DNA of 64,000 bases from Candidatus Nealsonbacteria bacterium (GTDB lineage Bacteria; Patescibacteriota; Minisyncoccia; Minisyncoccales; CAZKCU01), in contig CP179888.1 of the NCBI GenBank assembly GCA_047456305.1, positions 445,307 to 509,306 of the forward strand, given 5' to 3'. Positions 44,388 to 53,118 of this stretch are shown here, one piece after another. Each line of letters begins with the position of its first letter. The stretch's first letter is position 1. The notes beneath the pieces were generated by a model. That model was not told the DNA's origin, searched no databases, and worked only from the letters and a program-made list of their open reading frames with translations. A program made the position numbers and the translations under genes.

Positions 44388-44554
44388 ACCCACATCGGAA
44401 GGGGGTCGGGGAAACCCTTCGGTTTCCCCGTGTAGGAAAATATTAAAAACCGAGGGTTTTTAAAGAGCGAGCCCGAAGCGAGGCTGAGCTTGTCGAAGCC
44501 GAGCGCCAGCCGTAAGGCTGGATGAGGGCGAGCGACTAACTTAGTAATACCACT
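44388..44554 (+). repeat. family B structured element, copy 1, ending exactly at the ATG of 44555
   Basis: shares ACCCAyATCGGAAGGGGGTCGGGGAAACCyTTCGGTTTCCCCGTGTAGGAAAATA, GAGGGTTTyTTAA(A)GAGCGAGCCCGAAG and GAGGGCGAGCGACTAACTTAGTAAyACCACT-ATG with 50574-50760. Confidence 0.8.
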
Positions 44555-45073
44555 ATGGAAAATTTTTCTAAAGGCCATTTTTATAATCCAACCCGAGGAA
44601 ATTTGACATTGCCAAAGGTAATTGAAGAGATATTAAATTATATTGCCGAAAAGCCAGAGAAATTTTATGACATTATTGTTGGCTGTGATTCATCCTCAAA
44701 CCAGGAACCTCATTTCCCCGTGGCAGTAGTTATTTTGAGAATAGGAGAGGGAGGGAGATTTTTTCTTAAAAAAATAAGTTATCCTTTTTCTTCAAAAAAG
44801 AAATTTTATAACTGGAAAGAAAGAGTTCTGGAAGAAGTTTTGCTATCTTGCCAGCTGGCCTTATTTTTGAAGGAAAGTTTAGAAAAACAAATCAAAAAGT
44901 TAGTTCCCCTACCTAATTATCAGTTTCGATATATTCATGCTGATATTGGAGAAAATGGGCAGACAAAAGATATGATAAAAGAAGTGACTGGTCTTATTCA
45001 GGGAAATGGGTTTGAGCCCAAAATAAAACCGGAATCTTTTGTTGCCTCAACAGTAGCAGATAGATATACCTAA
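44555..45073 (+). CDS. YkuK-like (DUF458) RNase-H-fold protein
   Basis: IIVGCDSS...FPVAVVI...IHADIG pattern; moderate recognition only. Confidence 0.45.
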   Translation: MENFSKGHFYNPTRGNLTLPKVIEEILNYIAEKPEKFYDIIVGCDSSSNQEPHFPVAVVILRIGEGGRFFLKKISYPFSSKKKFYNWKERVLEEVLLSCQLALFLKESLEKQIKKLVPLPNYQFRYIHADIGENGQTKDMIKEVTGLIQGNGFEPKIKPESFVASTVADRYT

Positions 45074-45082
45074 AAATAAAAG

Positions 45083-46870
45083 ATGAATTCAAAAAGGCTT
45101 CGTCAGAAATTTTTAGAGTTTTTTGAAAAAAGAGGGCATAAAGTAGTGCCCTCAAGTTCGTTATTATCAACTGACCCCAGTGTTTTGTTTACCAGTGCTG
45201 GAATGCAGCAATTCAAAGTCTATTATTTAGGCGAGAAATCACCATATGGGTTGGATGTTGTTTCCTGTCAGAAATGTTTCAGGACCTCTGATATTGAGGA
45301 GGTGGGAAATGAAAAACATTTAACTTTTCTTGAAATGCTGGGCAATTTTTCTTTTGGGGGATATTTTAAAAAAGAAGCGATAAATTGGGCTTATCAATTT
45401 CTTTTTGAAGAATTAAAATTGCCAATAGAAGAAGCTATTTTCACGGTTTTTAAGGGTAACAAAGATGTCCCAGAAGATAAAGAATCGATTGAAATTTGGA
45501 AAAAATTAGGAATTCCCGAAAATAAAATAAAAAAATGTGGAAGAGCAGATAATTTTTGGGGGCCGACCGGCGAAGAAGGTCCTTGCGGCCCAACAACCGA
45601 AATTCATCTTCGAGGCATTGAGGTTTGGAATTTGGTTTTTAATGAATATTATCAAGACTACAACCCGCCCACCACCCACTCACCACCACGAAACAAAAAA
45701 TTAACTCCTTTAAAACAAAAAGGAGTAGATACTGGAATGGGTCTGGAAAGATTAGCTATGGTTGTTCAAAATAAACCCAGCGTCTTCGAGACCGATTTGT
45801 TTGAGCCTATTATCGGCGAGCTCCAAAAATACACGGGTCCCACCCCTGCAAATTTAAAAGCAGAAAGGATTATTGCTGACCACATTAAGGGTTCGATTTT
45901 TTTGATAGCAGAGGGGATTTTTCCTTCTAATGTGGAAGAAGGTTATGTTTTAAGAAGGATTCTACGAAGAGCGATAAGATTTGGGAAACTTTTAGACTAC
46001 AACCCACCCACCACCCAATATAGTTTTTTAATTCCTTTGGCTCAAAAAGTTATTGAAATTTATCAAGACATTTATCCCGAAGTAAAATCCCGAGAAGCTG
46101 ATATCTTAACTGTTATTCAAAAAGAAGGAGAGAAATTTGAAAAAACTTTGGAAAAAGGACTCAAAGAGTTTGGGAAAATTGCAGCCAAAGGCGATATTAA
46201 GGGAGATGAAGCCTTTCATCTTTATGATACTTACGGCTTTCCATTGGAGTTGACCGGAGAGTTGGCTAAAGAAAAGGGGCTGAAAGTCGATGTTAAAGGA
46301 TTCGAGGAATCCTTTAGAAAACACCAAGAAATTTCAAGAGCAGGTGTAGAAAAAAAATTTGGCGGAGTAGGGAAGAAAGTAACTTACGAATCAACTAAGC
46401 TTCATACAGCCACCCATTTACTTCACTCAGCTTTGAGAAAGATTTTCGGTGAACATGTTAGACAAATGGGATCTGACATTACTCTTCAGCGCCTTCGCTT
46501 TGATTTTTCTCATCCACAAAAAATGACAATTGAGGAGATAAAAAAAGTTGAAGATTTAGTTAATCAAAAAATTAGAGAAAATTTGGAGGTAAGAAAGGAA
46601 GAGATGTCATTGAAAGAAGCTCTAAATTCAGGAGCCTTATCTTTTTTTAAAGAGAAATACCCGGAAAAAGTAACTGTCTATTCAATAACCGAGCTTCTGA
46701 AGGAAGCGAAGGTGAAGAAGAGGACGAAGTCCTCTTCGCCTAAAGCTTTTTCAAAAGAAATTTGTGCCGGCCCCCATGTTAAAAAGACATCCGAATTAGG
46801 CAGTTTTAAAATTATAAAGGAAGAATCTTCTGGAGCAGGCGTGCGAAGAATTCGAGCTATTTTAAGATAA
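45083..46870 (+). CDS. alaS: alanyl-tRNA synthetase, short form (no C-Ala domain), with three small in-frame insertions
   Basis: F..F..RGH..V.SS.L; DTGMGLERL; HTATHLLH; CAGPHV. Confidence 0.9.
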   Translation: MNSKRLRQKFLEFFEKRGHKVVPSSSLLSTDPSVLFTSAGMQQFKVYYLGEKSPYGLDVVSCQKCFRTSDIEEVGNEKHLTFLEMLGNFSFGGYFKKEAINWAYQFLFEELKLPIEEAIFTVFKGNKDVPEDKESIEIWKKLGIPENKIKKCGRADNFWGPTGEEGPCGPTTEIHLRGIEVWNLVFNEYYQDYNPPTTHSPPRNKKLTPLKQKGVDTGMGLERLAMVVQNKPSVFETDLFEPIIGELQKYTGPTPANLKAERIIADHIKGSIFLIAEGIFPSNVEEGYVLRRILRRAIRFGKLLDYNPPTTQYSFLIPLAQKVIEIYQDIYPEVKSREADILTVIQKEGEKFEKTLEKGLKEFGKIAAKGDIKGDEAFHLYDTYGFPLELTGELAKEKGLKVDVKGFEESFRKHQEISRAGVEKKFGGVGKKVTYESTKLHTATHLLHSALRKIFGEHVRQMGSDITLQRLRFDFSHPQKMTIEEIKKVEDLVNQKIRENLEVRKEEMSLKEALNSGALSFFKEKYPEKVTVYSITELLKEAKVKKRTKSSSPKAFSKEICAGPHVKKTSELGSFKIIKEESSGAGVRRIRAILR

Positions 46871-46879
46871 AAATAAGCC

Positions 46880-46924
46880 GAATTCTTCTTACCCCTTCGC
46901 TGGCGCTCGGGAATAAGAAGAATT
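46880..46924 (+). repeat. small element with arms flanking the box (after alaS)
   Basis: GAATTCTTCTTA-CCCCTTCGCTGGCGCTCGGG-AATAAGAAGAATT. Confidence 0.75.
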
Positions 46925-46958
46925 AGGGCAATTTTGCAATAATTGCTATAATCAAACA

Positions 46959-48278
46959 ATGAAGATTAGTTTTCTTAAACCCAAGAAGAAGGGGGAGTAT
47001 TTTTTAGTTTTAGATATCGGCACAGAAGCAGTAAAAGCTATAATTTTTTCTCTCTCAGAAAAAAAAGATAAAAAGATTACTATTTTGGGAAACTCTCTTT
47101 CCTACTTTGACAGTTACGGGCTATTTGACAGTCAGGATTTTGAAGCCGATGTTGTTAAAAAAACTATTTCAAAAACGATTAAAGAGGCTCAAGAAAAAGT
47201 TAATCAAAAGCCAAGCGAGGCGGAGCCGAGCGAGGCGGGAGATGAGACGAAGTCTCAGCGACCGCCTAACCTGACATTACTTGAATTGCCAGCTAACATT
47301 TTAAAAGGAAGAATTGCTTTTCAGTCTTTTAAAAGAAAAAATTCTCAATCGATTATTGACAAAAAAGAGAAAGAAGTGATTTATCAGAAGATTTTAAGCA
47401 AGGCTCAAAATGAAATTTCCCAGATTTTTGCCACAGAATCCGGCATTTTGCCAAAAGATGTTCACTTTATTAACCTAAAAATCCTGGAAATAAAAATTGA
47501 TGGATATGTAGTGCCAGTTCTTCAAGGGTATGATGGAAAAAATTTAGATTTTAGAATTTTAGCTATTTTTTTACCGAAATATTATTTAGAGAATATCAAA
47601 AAAATTATTCAGGCTTTAATTCCTACTGATTTTTATAGAGATAAATATATCCAGGAAGACTTTACCAAAAACGAGGAGGGATTAGAAATTCTCCACCTTG
47701 CGGAAGCCTTACCTTATTTCTTTACAAGGAGAGTGGTTGATGGAATTTTTCTTGATGTTGGAGGAAATTTGACCCAGATTTTTTTAGTAAACAATGGAAA
47801 ACTAAATAATGTCGATGAATTCGAAATAGGAGGAAAAACTTTTTCCCAAGCTCTTTCTCAGAGCTTGGGAATAGAAATTTCAGAGGCAAGAGTTTTAAAA
47901 GAAAATTATTCTAAAGGAGAATTATCAGAAGAAGTGAGAAAAAGAGTTAGAGAGATTTTTTCTCAATCTTTAGGAGATTGGTTCAAAAATCTAAAACTAA
48001 AATTAAAGACCCAAAGCATTTTTGGCAGAGGAAGGAAATCTGGAGGTGTACTACTTCCATCAACTTTTTTTCTTTTCGGGGGAGGAAGTCAACTGCCTGA
48101 AATTCAGGAAATTTTAGAAGAGGGGAATTGGGAAGACTTTTCTTTTTTTACTCCCCCAAAAGTAAAATTTATTTATCCAAATGATCTCAGAAATATTGAA
48201 GATATAACAAAAAAATTAAATAGCCCTCAAGACATCCCTGCCTTACTACTTTGTTATGCCTCCCAAATCTATGACTAA
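46959..48278 (+). CDS. actin-like ATPase (FtsA/PilM family)
   Basis: LVLDIGTEAVKA, FLDVGGNLTQI and FGGGSQLP motifs. Confidence 0.6.
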   Translation: MKISFLKPKKKGEYFLVLDIGTEAVKAIIFSLSEKKDKKITILGNSLSYFDSYGLFDSQDFEADVVKKTISKTIKEAQEKVNQKPSEAEPSEAGDETKSQRPPNLTLLELPANILKGRIAFQSFKRKNSQSIIDKKEKEVIYQKILSKAQNEISQIFATESGILPKDVHFINLKILEIKIDGYVVPVLQGYDGKNLDFRILAIFLPKYYLENIKKIIQALIPTDFYRDKYIQEDFTKNEEGLEILHLAEALPYFFTRRVVDGIFLDVGGNLTQIFLVNNGKLNNVDEFEIGGKTFSQALSQSLGIEISEARVLKENYSKGELSEEVRKRVREIFSQSLGDWFKNLKLKLKTQSIFGRGRKSGGVLLPSTFFLFGGGSQLPEIQEILEEGNWEDFSFFTPPKVKFIYPNDLRNIEDITKKLNSPQDIPALLLCYASQIYD

Positions 48279-49608
48279 AAAAATTTTTGATATTTTTCCT
48301 CCGGAAACTCCGACTACCTTTAGGCCGGAGGACTTTCAGGCTCCAAAATCTTCAGCTCAGCTAGAGATTTCTTCGCCAAAGGCGAACAAATTACCAACTG
48401 GAAAGTATCTGAGAGGGAAGAGGGGTTTAATTTTAGTTCTTGGAGTTTTAATTTTAACCGGGATTTTTGGTTATTTTTTATTACCTCGAGCTCAAATAGA
48501 AATTTGGCCGGAAACTCAAACTTTGAATTTTAAAGAAAAAATAGAGGTTTCTTCAGAAGTAATTCAGCCTAATCCCGGCTTTTGGCTAAAGCGTGGGGCT
48601 ATCCCTGGAAAAGTTTTTTATAATCAAAAATCTTCTTCTCAAGAATTTCTTTCATCGGGTAAGCTAATTAAAGAAGAGAAGGCCAGGGGTATAATTCGAG
48701 TTTACAATGCTTATTCTACCTCTTCTCGATCGTTAATACCTTCTCGTTTTATTTCGGCCGATGGAAAATTATTTTGGTCATTGAAAAAAGAGGTGATTCC
48801 CGGGGGGAAATATGAGAAAGAAAAGTTTATTCCAGGTTACGCCGACATTGAGGTTCAGGCAGCCGAGGCAGGAGAAGATTATAATATTAAACCCTCTACT
48901 TTTGCTCTTCCTGCTCTTGCCGGAAGTCCATTATACACTACCATTTATGGAAGATCTTTCTCTCCTATGACAGGTGGCTTTAAAGGTGAAGTTTCTCAGG
49001 TTACTCAGGAAGATTTAGAGAAGGCAGAAAGTATTTTAGCCACCAATCTTTTTGAAGAGGGGAGTAAAGCTTTAAAAAATGAGCTCCAGTCGAATAAAAA
49101 TTCCTCAGATTTTATCTTGCTTAATGAAGCTCAGAGTCAAGAAATTGTTGAGGCTTTATCTTCGGTCAAGCCAGGCGAGGAGGCTCAAACATTTAATTTC
49201 CAGGTTAAAGTTGATTCAAAGGCTTTAGTATTTAAAAAATCTGATTTAGAAAAATTTGCCAAAGAATTTATTCTTTCTCAAATACCTCAAAATGATTTAG
49301 AGCCAAATATCTTCTGGTTAAATAAAAAAATTCACAATGAAAGTCTAAAAATAGATTTTAGACCAGAATCAATAGATTTGAAATCAAAGAAGATTGTCTT
49401 AAATTTAGACATCACTGCTAAAGTTTATTCAGATATTAATGAGATTAGCCTAAAGAAAGCCCTTTTCGGGAAACCTTTAGAAGAAACCCAAATTCTTTTG
49501 GAAGATCAGCCTCAAATTACTAAAGTCCAGGTAAAATTTTGGCCATTTTGGGTAAAGAGAGTTCCCCAAAATATGGGAAGGATTAAAATAAAACTAAATA
49601 TTGACTAG
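48256..49608 (+). CDS. hypothetical membrane-anchored protein
   Basis: ORF track; one TM helix after ~60 aa; overlaps the preceding gene end. Confidence 0.5.
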   Translation: MPPKSMTKKIFDIFPPETPTTFRPEDFQAPKSSAQLEISSPKANKLPTGKYLRGKRGLILVLGVLILTGIFGYFLLPRAQIEIWPETQTLNFKEKIEVSSEVIQPNPGFWLKRGAIPGKVFYNQKSSSQEFLSSGKLIKEEKARGIIRVYNAYSTSSRSLIPSRFISADGKLFWSLKKEVIPGGKYEKEKFIPGYADIEVQAAEAGEDYNIKPSTFALPALAGSPLYTTIYGRSFSPMTGGFKGEVSQVTQEDLEKAESILATNLFEEGSKALKNELQSNKNSSDFILLNEAQSQEIVEALSSVKPGEEAQTFNFQVKVDSKALVFKKSDLEKFAKEFILSQIPQNDLEPNIFWLNKKIHNESLKIDFRPESIDLKSKKIVLNLDITAKVYSDINEISLKKALFGKPLEETQILLEDQPQITKVQVKFWPFWVKRVPQNMGRIKIKLNID

Positions 49609-49643
49609 TTTAGGAAAATTTGTTATTGTAAATAATTATCTTA

Positions 49644-49868
49644 ATGATAAATTCAAATAAAAAATTCTTACGAAAATCCGGTCAGGTGATAGAAGCTTTG
49701 CCCAGTATCCATTTCCGAGTAAAGTTAGATGATGGGAAAGAAATAATTGCTCATCTGGCTGGGAAATTAAGACTTTATCGAATAAAAGTTTTACCTGGTG
49801 ATCGGGTAACAGTAGAAATGAGCCCTTATGATGAAAAAAGGGGAAGAATAGTGTATCGTGGGAAATAG
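49644..49868 (+). CDS. infA: translation initiation factor IF-1
   Basis: G.V.E.LP...FRV.L..G....AH..GK.R...I....GD.V.VE.SPYD...GRI.YR. Confidence 0.95.
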   Translation: MINSNKKFLRKSGQVIEALPSIHFRVKLDDGKEIIAHLAGKLRLYRIKVLPGDRVTVEMSPYDEKRGRIVYRGK

Positions 49869-49968
49869 TCAAAGAAGATAAATCTTCTTCTTCACTCTTC
49901 GTTGCGGCTCGGGTAGTCAAAGAAGATAAATCTTCTTTTCCATCTTCGCTTTAATAAATTAAAGCTCA
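49866..49968 (+). repeat. two tandem small hairpin-box units starting at the infA stop codon
   Basis: TAGTCAAAGAAGAtaaaTCTTCTTCTTCACTCTTCGTTGCGGCTCGGG, then TAGTCAAAGAAGAtaaaTCTTCTTTTCCATCTTCGCT-TTAAtaaaTTAA-AGCTCA. Confidence 0.8.
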
Positions 49969-49972
49969 ATAA

Positions 49973-50086
49973 ATGAAGGTTCGCTCATCAGTTAAAAAAA
50001 TTTGTAAAAATTGTAAAATAGTTCGGCGAAAAGGCCGACTCTATGTTATCTGTAAAAATCCCAAGCATAAACAACGCCAAGGATAA
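49973..50086 (+). CDS. rpmJ: 50S ribosomal protein L36
   Basis: hand-translated [37 protein letters not shown]; below the ORF-track cutoff. Confidence 0.9.
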   Translation: MKVRSSVKKICKNCKIVRRKGRLYVICKNPKHKQRQG

Positions 50087-50162
50087 TTTTAACTATAAAC
50101 CTTAAACCATAAACATTTAATTAAGTTTAGAGTTTATTGTTTAAAGTTTTGCGAAACAAGAG

Positions 50163-50552
50163 ATGCCACGCATAGCTGGTGTAAACATACCAGAACAAAA
50201 ACAAATAGAAGTTGCCTTAACCTATATTTTTGGCATAGGACTGTCTTTGAGCAGAAAGATTTTAGCTACAGCTGGTATTGAAAAGCAGAGACTGGCATCT
50301 GAGTTAACTCCGGAAGAAATAAATCTGCTTAAAGAAATTATTGAAAAAAAATATAAAATTGAGGGGAATCTTAAAAGAGAGATAATGATAAATATTAGAA
50401 GATTAAAAAATATATCTTCTTTTCGAGGAATTCGTCATATTAAAGGGTTACCGGTGAGAGGCCAAAGAACCCGAACAAATACTCGGACTGTCCGGGGGAA
50501 TGTCAGAAAAACAGTAGGATCGGGAAGAAAACCACCGGCAGCCCCCAAGTAA
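50163..50552 (+). CDS. rpsM: 30S ribosomal protein S13
   Basis: MPRIAGV.IP; GIRH..GLPVRGQRT.TN. Confidence 0.95.
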   Translation: MPRIAGVNIPEQKQIEVALTYIFGIGLSLSRKILATAGIEKQRLASELTPEEINLLKEIIEKKYKIEGNLKREIMINIRRLKNISSFRGIRHIKGLPVRGQRTRTNTRTVRGNVRKTVGSGRKPPAAPK

Positions 50553-50573
50553 AGCTTCCTACTAAAACGACCG

Positions 50574-50760
50574 ACCCATATCGGAAGGGGGTCGGGGAAA
50601 CCTTTCGGTTTCCCCGTGTAGGAAAATAAGAGTGAGTTGCTAAAAGCAACGAACGACGTAAGAAAACGAGGGTTTCTTAAGAGCGAGCCCGAAGGTCGAC
50701 GAAGGCGACCGCTGGAGCAAAGCTCCAGAGAGGGCGAGCGACTAACTTAGTAACACCACT
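50574..50760 (+). repeat. family B structured element, copy 2, ending exactly at the rpsK ATG
   Basis: see 44388-44554. Variable helices differ but stay paired: GTCG-acgaagg-CGAC and CTGGAGC-aaa-GCTCCAG, versus GGCT...AGCC and CCAGCC-gtaa-GGCTGG. Confidence 0.8.
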
Positions 50761-51213
50761 ATGGGTAAAAAGAGAATCATCACTAAAACAGAAGAAGAGC
50801 TTTTGAAAGAAAGAGAAAAAGTAGAAGAGAGCCTAAAAAAAGAGGTTAAACTTAAACCCTCTCAAAAGATTAGAGAAGGCAGAATTTATGTTTTAGCTTC
50901 TTATAATAACACCATTATAACTTTAACCGATATTCGGGGAAATGTTTTGGCCTGGGCCAGTGCAGGCAATATTGGATTTAAAGGAACAAAAAAGGCTACT
51001 CCTTTTGCCGCCTCGAGGGTAGCGGAAGTTTTAGCTCAGGCTGCTAAAAAATTAGGAATTGAGAAGGTAGCCGTTTTAGTAAAGGGAATTGGGTCAGGCC
51101 GGGAATCAGCAGTTAGATCTTTGGCTGCCAGAGGTCTTGATATCATTTCAATTAAAGATGTCACACCGATTCCCCATAATGGATGTAGACCGCCAAAAGT
51201 TCGTCGAGTTTAA
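50761..51213 (+). CDS. rpsK: 30S ribosomal protein S11
   Basis: operon position between rpsM and rpsD; S11-like core AS.NNTI.T.TD..GN...W.S.G..GFKG..K.TPFAA. Confidence 0.95.
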   Translation: MGKKRIITKTEEELLKEREKVEESLKKEVKLKPSQKIREGRIYVLASYNNTIITLTDIRGNVLAWASAGNIGFKGTKKATPFAASRVAEVLAQAAKKLGIEKVAVLVKGIGSGRESAVRSLAARGLDIISIKDVTPIPHNGCRPPKVRRV

Positions 51214-51222
51214 TATCAATTT

Positions 51223-51855
51223 ATGCAGAATTCTAAATGTAAAATATGTCGCCGATTAGGAATAAAGCTCTTCTTGAAGGGTGAACGTTGTTTAACCCAA
51301 AAATGCCCAATGGTAAAAAGGTCCTATCCGCCCGGTCAGAAGAAGAAAAGGAGAATCAGGGCTCCTTCTGAATATGGGAAAGAATTAAGGGAAAAACAAA
51401 AATTAAAAAAATGCTATAATTTAGGAGAAAGGCAATTTCGGAAATACGTGAAAGAAATCTTAGAGTCTCATCGGGGAGAAAAAAAAGATGTCCTCACTTT
51501 ATTAATTAAAACTTTAGAAAGTCGTTTAGATAATGTGATTTTTCGGTTAGGAATTGCCGCTTCCAGATCTCAGGCAAGGCAATTAATCTCCCACGGTCAT
51601 TTTTTAGTTAACTCAAAAGCAGTTAACAACCCAGGATATCTTGTAAAAAAAGGAGACAAAATTAGAATCTCCCCGTCTTCTCGTAAAAAAATTATTTTTC
51701 AAAACCTCCCTACTTTATTAAAAAAAAGAGAGCTGCCTTCTTGGATTTCTTTAGATGTTGAAAAAATAGAAGGGAAGGTGATAGGTACCCCTTCTTTAGA
51801 GGAGGCTGTTCCTCCGGCTGAAGTTTCACTAATATTTGAGTATTATTCAAGATAA
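51223..51855 (+). CDS. rpsD: 30S ribosomal protein S4
   Basis: CK.CRR.G.KLFLKG.RC; S4 domain LESRLDNV.FR.G.A.SR.QARQL..HGH. Confidence 0.95.
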   Translation: MQNSKCKICRRLGIKLFLKGERCLTQKCPMVKRSYPPGQKKKRRIRAPSEYGKELREKQKLKKCYNLGERQFRKYVKEILESHRGEKKDVLTLLIKTLESRLDNVIFRLGIAASRSQARQLISHGHFLVNSKAVNNPGYLVKKGDKIRISPSSRKKIIFQNLPTLLKKRELPSWISLDVEKIEGKVIGTPSLEEAVPPAEVSLIFEYYSR

Positions 51856-51881
51856 ATTAACATAATCCCAATTATATTTAT

Positions 51882-52754
51882 ATGATTCCTTTACCGCTTC
51901 AACCAAAAATTATTGAAAAAAAAGGAAATAGGGCAATCTTTCAGATAGAGGCCCTCTACCCGGGTTATGGAGTGACCATTGGGAATTCTCTGAGAAGAGT
52001 TTTACTCTCTTCTTTAGCGGGGGCAGCGGTTACTCGAGTAAAAATCAGAGGGATTCAGCACGAATTTTCAACAATACCAGGAATTCTGGAAGATGTGATT
52101 GAAATCATACTAAACTTAAAACAGTTGAGATTTAAACTTTTTACTTCAGAAATCCAAAAAGCCAGATTAAAAGTAAAAGGCGAAAAGGAGGTGAAGGCCT
52201 CGGATTTTGAATTGCCCTCACAGGTTGAAATAGTAAATAAAACAGCTCATATCGCTACTTTAACTACCAAAAAAGCTGAACTTGAAATGGAAATCCAAAT
52301 TGAAAAAGGGCTGGGATATCAGCCAAGAGAATCAAGAGAGGAGGAAAAATTAGAAATAGGAGAAATTTCCCTTGATGCTATTTTTACTCCGGTAAAAAAA
52401 GTAAGTTATCAAATTGAAAATATGCGAGTGGGGAAAAGAACCGATTTCGATAGACTAAATTTAGAAATTGAAACCGATGGTCAGATTACTCCCGAAGAAG
52501 CTTTTAGCCAGGCTTCAGAAATTTTGGTAAAACACTTTTCTTTGTTTGCTGAAGTATTCAAAAAGCCAGAAGAGAAAGTAATAGAGGTAGCTCCAGTCAA
52601 AAAGAAAAAAACTATAGCTCGAAAAAAAATTCCCTCCAAAAAACATATCAAAAAACATATGAAGGCGGGAAAAAGGAAAAGACCTTCAGCTCGCCCGCCC
52701 AAATTTCGGAGAAACTTGGTGCGGACTCAGCGCCGTCGTACCTCCAAAAAATAA
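51882..52754 (+). CDS. rpoA: RNA polymerase alpha subunit: N-terminal domain only, plus a basic tail
   Basis: GYG.T.GN.LRR.LLSS..GAA; 290 aa; the last ~65 aa are Lys/Arg-rich with no alpha-CTD-like sequence. Confidence 0.85.
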   Translation: MIPLPLQPKIIEKKGNRAIFQIEALYPGYGVTIGNSLRRVLLSSLAGAAVTRVKIRGIQHEFSTIPGILEDVIEIILNLKQLRFKLFTSEIQKARLKVKGEKEVKASDFELPSQVEIVNKTAHIATLTTKKAELEMEIQIEKGLGYQPRESREEEKLEIGEISLDAIFTPVKKVSYQIENMRVGKRTDFDRLNLEIETDGQITPEEAFSQASEILVKHFSLFAEVFKKPEEKVIEVAPVKKKKTIARKKIPSKKHIKKHMKAGKRKRPSARPPKFRRNLVRTQRRRTSKK

Positions 52755-52764
52755 TTAAATAATT

Positions 52765-53115
52765 ATGCGGAAACGTAAACAAGGACGAAAATTAAGTCGA
52801 AAAAGGGATCAACGCCAAGCATTATTGAAGGCAGAAATTTCTGCTCTTTTATCGAGAGAAAAAATTAAGACCACTGAGGCCAAAGCTAAGGAAGTTTCTG
52901 AAATTTCAGAGAAATTTATAACTCGGGCCAAAAAAGGAGATTTATCTTCAAGGAGATTATTGGCAAAATTTTTTTCTCCAGAAATAGTTATAAAATTATT
53001 TAAAGAAATTGGACCAAGGTACAAAGAAAGGAAAGGAGGATATACAAGGATTATTAAACTTGGGCCGAGAAAAAGTGATGGAGCCAAGATAGCAATTATT
53101 GAATTAGTTAAATGA
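52765..53115 (+). CDS. rplQ: 50S ribosomal protein L17
   Basis: R......L.R....R.AL......L.....I.TT..KAKE; GGYTRI.K...R.GD.A. Confidence 0.9.
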   Translation: MRKRKQGRKLSRKRDQRQALLKAEISALLSREKIKTTEAKAKEVSEISEKFITRAKKGDLSSRRLLAKFFSPEIVIKLFKEIGPRYKERKGGYTRIIKLGPRKSDGAKIAIIELVK

Positions 53116-53118
53116 AAT

